This document shows positions 7,268-16,026 of a DNA stretch of 21,500 nucleotides, one piece after another. The notes below the pieces were generated by a model that worked only from the letters and a program-made list of their open reading frames with translations, ran no database searches and was not told the origin of the DNA. Within the stretch, counting starts at the first letter, position 1. Every line of letters starts with the position of its first letter. A program made the position numbers and the translations under genes. This DNA comes from an uncultured virus (IMG/VR IMGVR_UViG_2687453592_000007) (taxonomy: Duplodnaviria > Heunggongvirae > Uroviricota > Caudoviricetes), in the IMG/VR virus record IMGVR_UViG_2687453592_000007, one strand, 5' to 3'.

Positions 7268-8317
7268 CTAAACATTCCGTTTTTGTTCTGTTCGCCTTTT
7301 CGTGGCAAGGCCCTCGCCCGTTGAGGGCTTCTTCCGGCGAGCCTGGGCCTCTATGGCGCGCACGCGCTGCCGGATCTGCTGCGTGTAGTGCGCGACCATC
7401 TTGGGGCTTTGCCCCGTGACCGCGGCCACCAGCTCGTCAGTGCATCCAGCCTCGACCAGTTCGCACGCGGCATTGTACCGCCAACTGTGGATGTCGAAGT
7501 CCAGCGCCCCGATATCTTCCCGGATCTTGCGAATGGCCTGCGATGCTCCGCGATAGGACCAGCGGCTGGTTCCGCTTTGGTTCGTCAGCATGAACAGCGA
7601 CCGGCGCGGCGCCCTGTCCAGCGCCTCCTGGAGCGAAGGCACAATGGGCACCCAAAGCCGCTTGCCGGTCTTGTTCTGTTTGACCGTGATGCCCCCATCC
7701 TGGATATCGCCCCATTGCATTTCCAGCACATCGCCGATGCGCTGGCCGGTTCCGAGGCACAGCTCCATCAGCAGGCGCTCGCGCGCCCCCAGCGGCACGG
7801 CAGCACGAAAAGCGTCGATCAGGCTTTGCGGCCATGGCAGGCGCGGATCCGCATCCGCCTTCAGCAACGACACCCCCTTGGCTGGGTTATCGGTGCGCCA
7901 GCCAAGATCGATGCTATGCTCCATCAGAATGCGGATCACCTTCACCGCGTAGTTCGCGAAATACGGTTTCCCTGCGTTCTCATCGCGCAAGCGTATCACA
8001 TCCCGACGCTGGAGGTTTGCCGGGTTCAGCGGGCCGAACCGTTCGTCGATGAACGCCGTGAACTTGTCATAGTCCAGCGCCGTGCGGGGCTTCAGGTTCC
8101 GGTAACGCGGCGACTGGTGGTAACTGCGGATAAGAGCGGAAAAGTTCCTGCGCAGAACCTTGGCCTGCCCCTCTCCTTTCAGGATAGCAGCGTATTCGGC
8201 CCAGAACTCCGGGCTGCCGAAGTCCGACCCGATCTTTTGCGACGGCCACCCACGGCGCTGAAAATACAGACCATTTCGCTGCCAGTACACATATTTAGGA
8301 AGCTCTCGCTTCGTCAT
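7268..8317 (-). CDS. int: Tyrosine recombinase / phage integrase of element 2 (~349 aa from MTKRELPKYVY)
   Basis: GTGQRIGDVL, KQNKTGK, IHSWRYNAA, AHYT; adjacent to att. Confidence 0.95.
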   Translation of the reverse strand: MTKRELPKYVYWQRNGLYFQRRGWPSQKIGSDFGSPEFWAEYAAILKGEGQAKVLRRNFSALIRSYHQSPRYRNLKPRTALDYDKFTAFIDERFGPLNPANLQRRDVIRLRDENAGKPYFANYAVKVIRILMEHSIDLGWRTDNPAKGVSLLKADADPRLPWPQSLIDAFRAAVPLGARERLLMELCLGTGQRIGDVLEMQWGDIQDGGITVKQNKTGKRLWVPIVPSLQEALDRAPRRSLFMLTNQSGTSRWSYRGASQAIRKIREDIGALDFDIHSWRYNAACELVEAGCTDELVAAVTGQSPKMVAHYTQQIRQRVRAIEAQARRKKPSTGEGLATKRRTEQKRNV

Positions 8318-8471
8318 ACCGCATATCCACCCTATCGAACTCGGAAAGGACTTCCTGCTCCGTTTCAAGCTCGAACTCGATTCGTCTTCCCTCGATCACC
8401 ACCCGTTTGACAACCCGCCCTTCGGCCTCAAGGGCCCTCAGGTAATTCAGGGCCCGCTTCTCAGCCGTCAT
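8295..8471 (-). CDS. Small int-adjacent phage protein (MTAEKRALNYL..., 58 aa)
   Basis: GGGAGG RBS; overlaps int start; same position as 1470-1682 in element 1. Confidence 0.7.
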   Translation of the reverse strand: MTAEKRALNYLRALEAEGRVVKRVVIEGRRIEFELETEQEVLSEFDRVDMRYDEARAS

Positions 8472-8771
8472 GGCGTCCTCCCGGCTCGGCTCGTACTGCC
8501 GCGACGGCCCCAATGTCGCAGTATCCACGCTGCGTTGGCATGTGCAGATCGAGGGGCGGAAGCTGGTGGATGTCAGGCATCGGGTTTTCCTTCCTTCATG
8601 GCGCAATCGACCAGCTCGGCGATGGCGTTCCGTTCTACAGCCTGCGTTCCTGGGCTTTGAGCGCACGGACCTTCTGCCTCACATGAGCGGTGTAATGCGC
8701 AACCATCGCCATGGATTGGCCGGTGACGGATGCGATTTCCTCATCCGTCGGGTTAGAGGAACGAAGAATAC

Positions 8772-8996
8772 CTCGCCACTTGCTTCGAGCGCGACCGAAC
8801 CATCGGCTCCTGGCAGCCCAAGCGCGATGGCGAACGCAACGAGGCCCTCGACACCTTCGTCTACACCCACGCCGCCCTGTAAAGGCTGATCAGCATGGGG
8901 CTCCGGCTGAGCGAGAAGGTAGAGGGAGTAAAGAGGCCGGCACCGACAGTGAGAAGCGCACCATCACCGGTGCGCTTCCAGTGGATGAAACGGTGA
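8772..8996 (+). pseudogene. C-terminal remnant of a lambda GpA-type terminase large subunit
   Basis: Hand translation: FERDRTIGSWQPKRDGERNEALDTFVYTHAAL*RLISMGLRLSEKVEG...QWMKR*. RNEALD..VY is the GpA C-terminal motif; in-frame TAA at 8880-8882. Confidence 0.8.
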
Positions 8997-9013
8997 GAAC
9001 CCGTTCCCTCGAC

Positions 9014-11011
9014 TCAAGCGGCCACCAATGAGACAACACTCGTTGAGAGCGTCGACGCAGCGAAATCGCGCAGCAGCAGGGTGCGACGATCTCCGCCCCC
9101 GCCTTGCTGCTGGAGGGTTCGCTCCAGCGTCGGCAGGCGCTCATCTCTCTCCGCGTCCGCGAAGAAGTCCGAGAATGCCACGACCCGGCCTTCGCTGACA
9201 GCGACCGCTTCCTCGACGATAGCTCGTTCCATCGGACGCCCCCGGGCAACGAGCGCACGCAGCGCGGAGGGATCGGCCCTCTCAAGCGCGTCTTCGAAGG
9301 CGATCGCAAAGGTCGTCTTGAAAGGAATATCCGACAATCCGGCTCTTTCGGAGACGTAGGTCGAATAACTATCCTGCGGCGCGTCCGACAGAAATGAACG
9401 CAGACCGTCCTCGGAAGACAACCCAGACTCGAAGAGAAAGAGCTGCCGCCGCGCCATTGCTGTCGGTAGAGACAAAGTACTCGTGTCCTCGACACCGGTT
9501 GGCTGCGGCCTCGCGCGACGCAGCGCGCGCCCTTGATCCAGTTTTTGCAGTAGTAACCGGGTCACATCATCGGCCACGCCGTCAGCAATCGCATTGTTTA
9601 GAATGTCGCGCGCGTCGGCCGTGCGTCGCAGATCGTCGGCCAAAACCGTCGCAAGCTGGGTGCGCGCATACGGTTCTTCGGGGAACAGAGCCGTCGTCTC
9701 CCGCAGAAGGGCCGCCGCTTCTTCCGCTTTGCCGGAGTAAACCGACAGCACCGTAGCAAGCTGCGTGCGCCACTGGAGGTTTTCAGGAAAGCGCCGAACT
9801 GCTTCCCAACCGACAAGTTCCGCATCCGCAATGCGCCCAGCGGCCGCCAAGGCATCTCGCATAAGGGACCAGGCGAATACGTTCACTGGGTCGTAGTCAA
9901 AGGCCAAGGTCGCCAGAGATACGGCGAGCGCCCCGCGCTCGCCTCGTTCGTCCGGTGCCCCCTTCTCGATTAGCCGCATGCCAAAGTTGCAAGCCGTGCG
10001 CACGAGGTAAAAGACATCACCCGAAACGTCAGCGTAACGTTGCTGTCGGCGCATTATGGTTTCGATAGGCGTCCTAATCTGATCCAAGGGCTGCTCAACA
10101 GAGTTGAGGACAGGCTGCCACTCGCTCATTGGAACCGGCTCAGTCGAGAAAATGGTCCGCGATAGCGCTCGCTCGTTAGGATGAATATCGACATCCTCTC
10201 GCCACCAAGCGGCGACCGGAAATGTCGTCTCGGCGCCATTCGTGCGTCCCGACAACTCACGCTCTGCAGCCGTGATGGCGGCTTGGACGCGATCCGTCCA
10301 GAAGCCGGCATCCCGCGGGAAGTCACCTTCGAGAATGCGCCATTCTCGCTCGAAGGCCGCCGTGCCCGGCCGCTGTGTCACAGCCCAACGCGCAAGACCC
10401 TGAAGCGCAAAGTCCTCGTTCGCATCGAAGTCATCACCCAGCGGAAGGCGACGCAGACCGAGGAGCGCGATCCGCAAGTAGCTGGCGTCGTAACGTCCGG
10501 CGTCACCGCTCTCTGCACAGACTGATAGCCAGAGCGGCATCAGCCGGCGCGGCTCCAGGCCATGATCCGCCGCCACATCCTGGCTGAGCGCAAGGATCCG
10601 AAAATATTCGCGGCGCAGGTCGAGACCGCGATCCACGACAAAATTCTCGAAGAAGCCACTCCACAGAACGTAGCGGCGATGGAGGTCCGCAACCGTCTGC
10701 TCGGGCAACAACCGCCGAATGATGGTAACAAGCGTTACGAGTTTCGCCAGCTCGATGCGAAACGAACGGCCTTCCTGCTGCAGTAGCGTTGAACGGAACT
10801 CCTCTAGGAGCTCGGCGCAGCCACGGTCGAACCCGCGAACGACATCCGAGTCGCCCGTCTCCGAAGCAAGAATGGCGTCCACAGCGTCTTCGGGCTCAGC
10901 AGCCGAAAGCCGCCCAAGCGACGCCGTCCCATTTAGGAGAGCCCGAAGTGCGGCCTTCCCATTATCCCTTAGCTGGGCTTTCCATTTCTCCAAGGCTGAA
11001 GGCGTCACCAT
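9014..11011 (-). CDS. Large helical protein with TPR repeats (665 aa), unknown function
   Basis: TPR-like units DPVNVFAWSLMRDALAAAGRIADA, FPENLQWRTQLATVL...AEEAAALL, FPEEPYARTQLATVL; 2 bp from the upstream stop. Confidence 0.85.
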   Translation of the reverse strand: MVTPSALEKWKAQLRDNGKAALRALLNGTASLGRLSAAEPEDAVDAILASETGDSDVVRGFDRGCAELLEEFRSTLLQQEGRSFRIELAKLVTLVTIIRRLLPEQTVADLHRRYVLWSGFFENFVVDRGLDLRREYFRILALSQDVAADHGLEPRRLMPLWLSVCAESGDAGRYDASYLRIALLGLRRLPLGDDFDANEDFALQGLARWAVTQRPGTAAFEREWRILEGDFPRDAGFWTDRVQAAITAAERELSGRTNGAETTFPVAAWWREDVDIHPNERALSRTIFSTEPVPMSEWQPVLNSVEQPLDQIRTPIETIMRRQQRYADVSGDVFYLVRTACNFGMRLIEKGAPDERGERGALAVSLATLAFDYDPVNVFAWSLMRDALAAAGRIADAELVGWEAVRRFPENLQWRTQLATVLSVYSGKAEEAAALLRETTALFPEEPYARTQLATVLADDLRRTADARDILNNAIADGVADDVTRLLLQKLDQGRALRRARPQPTGVEDTSTLSLPTAMARRQLFLFESGLSSEDGLRSFLSDAPQDSYSTYVSERAGLSDIPFKTTFAIAFEDALERADPSALRALVARGRPMERAIVEEAVAVSEGRVVAFSDFFADAERDERLPTLERTLQQQGGGGDRRTLLLRDFAASTLSTSVVSLVAA

Positions 11012-11013
11012 GA

Positions 11014-11928
11014 TCAGATCCCGACTTCGCCAAAATCCGTGCGCCCCGTTTCTGTTCGCAGGGTATCAAGGTGACGACCGCGCGCGGCCTCTATGTCGGG
11101 AACATCCGCTCCCGACCATTTGGCTAGCCGCTTTACATGCCTCCAGGAATAATCGAAGCGGATGTGGAGGATCTCACGCACGCACGCCTTTTTCGGATTG
11201 CGCTCGCGCAGGTCCACCGTGAACCCATGGCTGGTCGAGCGCGGAACTGGAAAGAACGCCGGGTTGTTCTGGCACTCAAGAACCGTCGCCAAGGAGAAAC
11301 ACCGATCAACCCCCTTCGAATGAGCCTGCTTGATGACTTCGTCAGCGGTGTATTCCATAAGCGCAAACCTATACGGCTTATCCGGAACAAACGGGTAATG
11401 GTGGTATAATCCAAGACGGTCAATAATTCTTTGCAGCCAGTCCGCTTCCTTAAGATCGTCCGAAACCTCACTCTTGAATGCGGCAAACGAAGGGCGCTCG
11501 CCCGGATAATTCTGGAACTGATCCGTGAGCGCCGAGAGCCTGTGCTGATCGCCTGTCCGGAGGGCATCAACGAGGCTGTCGAAGTCGAGTCCCCCCCGAG
11601 GTTCTAAATGGCGGTCGATCCGCTCGAGGCGGATGATCTTTTGCACTGGCTCCACAGAAGCCGCAAGCAGTGCCAGATCGTTGGTCGCTACATCGAAGGT
11701 CGATGAGTTGTGGCCCCGCGCCAGCCCCTGAACGCTATCAACGAAGTAACTGTTGACCACCTTACGGATATCTTCTGATAGCGGTTTGTAGGTCTCTACG
11801 TCGTCCCGCCGCTGCTCAGAGACGTTTTCTTCGATCAGATAATTGCAGCCGACGCAGCTTTCGTCCACGTCGGATGCCCCGGCAAGGGAAACTGCCGAAG
11901 CAGTCAGTTCGGATCGATTGAACTGCAT
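11014..11928 (-). CDS. Hypothetical protein (304 aa), first gene of a two-gene operon
   Basis: GGGGAG RBS, long ORF with globular composition; no family recognised with confidence. Confidence 0.85.
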   Translation of the reverse strand: MQFNRSELTASAVSLAGASDVDESCVGCNYLIEENVSEQRRDDVETYKPLSEDIRKVVNSYFVDSVQGLARGHNSSTFDVATNDLALLAASVEPVQKIIRLERIDRHLEPRGGLDFDSLVDALRTGDQHRLSALTDQFQNYPGERPSFAAFKSEVSDDLKEADWLQRIIDRLGLYHHYPFVPDKPYRFALMEYTADEVIKQAHSKGVDRCFSLATVLECQNNPAFFPVPRSTSHGFTVDLRERNPKKACVREILHIRFDYSWRHVKRLAKWSGADVPDIEAARGRHLDTLRTETGRTDFGEVGI

Positions 11929-12057
11929 GCCGCTCCCCGAAATACAACCCTACATAAATTGGCGCCGGTGGGCCGGCGCCTCTATCCTCTATCTATTCGA
12001 CATCCGAGCCGATGAGAAGCCCATGCAGGTCGGCGGCTCTCCAACTGCTCGCCGAAG

Positions 12058-13435
12058 GCGCATCGCGGGGCACGCGCATCGGCAGGCCGAGCGCGCCGAG
12101 GATCACGACGACGAGCTCGGCACCATCCGCGCCCGGCTGAGATCGATCGAGGCCATCCTGAAGGACCGCAAGTCGCTGATCGGCCGGCGCCTGACGCATG
12201 CCAAGAATGCGGGCAACAGCGGCCCCATCGGCAACATGATCGAGCAGGCGCAACCGGGGCTCGCCCGGGCCTATGAGGATCTCGATGCCGATCCGCTGAC
12301 CGTCAACACGCTCTCGGGCACGCTGCGCTTTTCGACGGTCGCGGCCGAGGGCATGTCGCCGGTGGCCGAGCTGCGCGTCCAGCCCGAGCATCTGCGCGGC
12401 GATCTGCTGTCGAAGATCATGCCGGTCGCCTATGACCGCGCCGCGAAAGCCCCGCGCTGGGACGCCTTCCTCGAGGAGATCCTGCCCGACGCCACCGTGC
12501 GCGACTTCGTCCAGCGCTGGATGGGGCTCTCGATGACCGGCATCAAGATGCAGCGCCTGGCCTTCTTCTATGGCGGCGGCGCCAACGGCAAATCGGTGCT
12601 GGTCGACACCATCGCCCGGGTGCTGGGGCCCTATGCGGCGACGGCCCGGATCGAGTCGCTGACCGGCACCAACCGCCGCGGCGGCGGCGATGCCACGCCC
12701 GACCTGATCCCGCTGATGGGCGCGCGCTTCGTGCGGACCTCGGAACCCGACGAGGGCCAGCGCCTGCAGGAGGGGCTGATCAAGGAACTGACCGGCGGCG
12801 AGCCCCTGATGATCCGGGCGCTGCACAGCGATTTCCTGGAGTTCTCGCCGTATTTCAAGCTGACCATGAGCGGCAACCACAAGCCCGAGATCCGCGGCAC
12901 CGATGACGGGATCTGGCGCCGGGTGCTGCTGGTGCCCTTCGATGTGCAGATCCCCGAGGACCGCCGCGACCCGGAGCTGGCCAACAAGCTCTGGGACGAG
13001 GCGCCCGGCATCCTGAACTGGCTGATCGCGGGGCTGACCGACTTCCTCGAGGGCGGCCTGCGCCCGCCCGACCGGGTGCTCGAGGCGACGGCCGAGTATC
13101 GCGAGGAAAGCGATCCGGTCGGCGCCTTCCTGACCGAAAGCGCCATCGTCACCGGCGCCGAGGCCGATTTCATCTATTCGCGCGAGCTGATCGAGGCCTT
13201 CAACTTCTGGCTGGAGGATCGCGGCGAGACCCGATGGGGCGGGCGCACCGTATCGAACCGGCTCAAGCAGAAGGCCAGCCGCTGGCGCCATCCCCATACC
13301 GGCAAGAGCTTCATCCCGGCCAAGCGCGGGGCAACCGGCTATCGCGGCCTGCGCTTCACCGACGAGTTCGCGGCCCGGATGGCAGATCGCAGAGACCATG
13401 GCGGCGCCGGTGCGCCCGTCGACGAGCCGTTCTGA
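12058..13435 (+). pseudogene. Phage/plasmid P4-family primase-helicase (D5-like SF3 helicase), N-terminally truncated; left boundary approximate
   Basis: APRWDAFLEEI, Walker A GGGANGKS, IKELTGGE, SGNHKPEIRGTDDGIWRRVLLVPF; no credible start/RBS, and codon style changes near 12050. Confidence 0.85.
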
Positions 13436-13544
13436 TGCGCCGCACCCCGCACCCCGTTTCCGATCCATCGGAGGCTTCGGGCCGTCCGGCCGCCCCGGAT
13501 CACCGGCCCGACCGGCCCGAAACCGTCCCTCACGGCCTGAGACG

Positions 13545-14024
13545 AGGGCGACCAGCTTCAAGACCTTCTTCAAGGATATCGTGAAGGGCTCGGGCGATGC
13601 GGGGGACGCGATCTCGGCGCTGGCCGACCGGATGCTCGACGACCTGCTCGACCGCGCGATGAGCCCGCTCTCGGATGCCCTGGGCTCCACGTTCGACGGG
13701 CTGTTCTCGGGGCTCTTCGGCGGCCGCGCAAGCGGCGGCGGCGGGACCGTGACCCAACTCTTCCCCTCGGGCGGCCTTCCCGGCTTTGCCCGCGGCACCG
13801 ACAGCGCCCCGGGCGGGCTTGCCTGGGTCGGCGAGGCGGCCCCCGAGCTCGTCAACCTGCCCCGCGGCGCCCAGGTGATCCCGAACCACCGCCTGGGCAG
13901 CCTCGGCGGCGGCTCGGTCCGGATGGGCGATGTGCATGTCAGCGTGGCCCAGACCAATGCCGATCCGCGCCAGATCGCCGAGGCGGTGCGCCGGGTCTCC
14001 CGCGAGGAGGCGCAGCGGGTCTAC
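13545..14024 (+). pseudogene. C-terminal fragment of a phage tail tape-measure protein
   Basis: LFSGLFGG...GFARGTDSAPGGLAWVGEAAPELVNLPRGAQVIPNH is a typical tape-measure C-terminus; no start. Confidence 0.8.
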
Positions 14025-14025
14025 C

Positions 14026-14370
14026 CGGCTCGATGGCATCGTCTTCGAGAACCTGCCCTGGCAGGAGGTGCTGGCGCGTTATGACGGCCCGCAGGCGCTG
14101 TTCTATCTCGATCCGCCCTATTGGGGCGGCGAGGACGATTACGACAAAGGCCTCTTCGACCGCGACCAGTTCGCCGAGCTGGCCGAGCGCCTGGGTCGGA
14201 TCAAGGGCGCCTTCGTGCTGTCGATCAACGACCGGCCCGAGATCCGCGATCTGTTCGGCGCCTTCGTGATCGAGGAGGTGCGGCTGACTTACTCGGTCTC
14301 GAAGAGCGGCGCGACCGCCGCGCGGGAGTTGATCATCGCCAATCGCGAGGTCAGGGTGGGGCTCGTATGA
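14026..14370 (+). pseudogene. C-terminal fragment of a phage Dam-type DNA adenine methyltransferase
   Basis: RLDGIVFENLPW...LFYLDPPYWG...FVLSINDRPEIR...ELIIAN; the SAM-binding N-terminal half is absent. Confidence 0.88.
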
Positions 14371-14411
14371 GTTCCCCCGGCCCGGTCGGCGTTTAACCGG
14401 ATCTTGGGGGC

Positions 14412-14624
14412 GCCCGCGATCCGGTCAACCTGCTGCTCGTCAGCGCGTCGGCGGACCGCTCGAAAGACGCGCGCGGGCCGCTCGACTGGTTGCCGCCGGA
14501 TCCGGGGCTCCGCTGCCAGTATGTCCCGCGGTTCCGGCGGATCGCCGCGAGCTACGGCTTGGTGCAGTCCGCAGCCGAGGAGCGGGAACTGGTGGCGCTG
14601 ACCGGGCGGCTGTGTGGGACATAA
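14412..14624 (+). pseudogene. C-terminal fragment of a DUF1524-type HNH endonuclease
   Basis: Hand translation: RDPVNLLLVSASADRSKDARGPLDWLPPDPGLRCQYVPRFRRIAASYGL...; no start, upstream TAA at 14394. Confidence 0.7.
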
Positions 14625-14719
14625 GAGCGGGTAGCAGATGGGGTGGATGGCTCCCGCTCCCGGCGTCGCGATGCGCCATACTGCAGGTGTCAGAATCTGC
14701 AATTGAGAGGAGCCACCCC

Positions 14720-15739
14720 ATGCAAGTTACCACTGTCGGCCTCGACCTGGCCAAGAACATCTTTCATGTCCACGGAGTTACCGAGACCGGAGAGGTCGCC
14801 TTCAATCGGCCTTTACGCCGGGCGCAGGTGCTGGCGTTCTTCGAGCGACTGCCGCCCTGCCTCATCGGCATCGAAGCCTGCGCATCGAGCCACCACTGGG
14901 GCCGTGAGCTTACGAAGCTCGGTCATACTGTCCGGCTGATGCCGCCGATGTACGTCAAACCCTACGTGAAACGGGGCAAGTCCGATGCGGTCGATGCAGA
15001 AGCCATTTGCGAGGCCGTGACGCGGCCGACGATGCGGTTTGTCGAGATCAAGTCCGAGGACCAGCAGGCGCTTCTCTCCTTGCATCGCGCACGGGACTTC
15101 GTGGTTCGACAGCGCACTCAGTTGATCAACATGCTCCGAAGCCTGGCCGCGGAGTTCGGGATCGCCATCGCTCGGGGCGTCGCGCGGGCCATCGATTTTG
15201 CGAAAGGGATCATCGAGGGCAAGCAGTCCGGGTTCCCCGAGCTCGCCCAGGACGTTCTGCGGGTCCTCAGCCGTCAGCTGGTCGAGCTCCACAACCGCTT
15301 TCGCTGGTACGAGATCACGATGCGTATCCAGGCTCGTCTCAGCCGCCAGGCGCAACTCCTGCAGAGCATTCCCGGAGTTGGGCCGGTCACCGCCTCGGCC
15401 GTGGCCGCCACGATCGGATCGGGTCACCAGTTCAAGAGTGGGCGGGAATTTGCGGCGTGGCTTGGTCTGACACCGCGCAACCACTCCAGCGGTGGCAAGG
15501 AGCGCTTAGGGAAGATCACCAAGATGGGCGATCGGTATCTGCGTCAGCTTATCGTCGTCGGCATGACATCGCGTGTGCGGCAGGTCTCCAACCATCCGGA
15601 GCGTGCCGATCCCTGGCTGACGAAGCTGCTGCAGAGGAAGCCTGCCCGGCTCGCGACCGTCGCCATGGCGAACAAGACGGCGCGGATCATGTGGGCGGTG
15701 CTGACCAGGAACGAATCCTACCGACCTCACACAGCCTGA
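14720..15739 (+). CDS. IS110-family DEDD transposase/recombinase (339 aa)
   Basis: GLDLAK, GIEAC, KSDAVDA, IPGVG, AWLGLTP..HSSGGK; GAGGAG RBS. Confidence 0.97.
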   Translation: MQVTTVGLDLAKNIFHVHGVTETGEVAFNRPLRRAQVLAFFERLPPCLIGIEACASSHHWGRELTKLGHTVRLMPPMYVKPYVKRGKSDAVDAEAICEAVTRPTMRFVEIKSEDQQALLSLHRARDFVVRQRTQLINMLRSLAAEFGIAIARGVARAIDFAKGIIEGKQSGFPELAQDVLRVLSRQLVELHNRFRWYEITMRIQARLSRQAQLLQSIPGVGPVTASAVAATIGSGHQFKSGREFAAWLGLTPRNHSSGGKERLGKITKMGDRYLRQLIVVGMTSRVRQVSNHPERADPWLTKLLQRKPARLATVAMANKTARIMWAVLTRNESYRPHTA

Positions 15740-15960
15740 GACATACCGAAACAGCGAGATAGCAAGACCGACGATGTGATGGTGTACCCTTCAGCCGCAA
15801 CGATCAGGAAGCTCCGCCGAATGTCCCGGGCGAAATTGCCCGCAAAGCAGATAGGAACCTGATCTGCGGATCCCATCAGGGCCAGCGGTGTGAACCGCGC
15901 AAACAGGCCGGACACAAGACTGCTTCTGAAAAGGTGCGCGAGATCATTTACGACTTGCTA
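15740..15960 (+). ncRNA. Bridge RNA / seekRNA-encoding non-coding region of the IS1111-group element
   Basis: Two stem-internal-loop modules whose loop sequences match the target flanks and the IS ends (see findings). Confidence 0.8.
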
Positions 15961-16026
15961 TGCGGGAGCCATCCACACAGGTCATTCGGCGCCTCAAGTC
16001 CGAGCCGCCCGTGGATCACGGAAGCG

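Larger units (their letters stand above)
14637..15980 (+). mobile_element. IS110-family (IS1111 group) insertion sequence, complete copy 1
   Basis: Perfect 15-bp sub-terminal inverted repeats GTGGATGGCTCCCGC (14643-14657) / GCGGGAGCCATCCAC (15962-15976); long 3' non-coding region; left end defined by identity with copy 2. Confidence 0.93.

Noticed and set aside
7274..7288. ATTC-N7-GTTC resembling an alphaproteobacterial LexA box
   Set aside because: One mismatch, inside the int 3' end, and the equivalent site in element 1 has the wrong spacing.
8461..8580. 39-aa minus-strand ORF (MPDIHQLPP...GGRHDG) with RBS
   Set aside because: Plausible remnant but too short and featureless to support.
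11843..12057. N-terminal extension of the primase ORF
   Set aside because: Overlaps the 304-aa gene and its leader, has no RBS and is not primase-like.
13398..14370. Full-length ORFs 13398-14084 and 13930-14370 as real genes
   Set aside because: Chimeric frames; only internal segments resemble tape-measure and Dam proteins.
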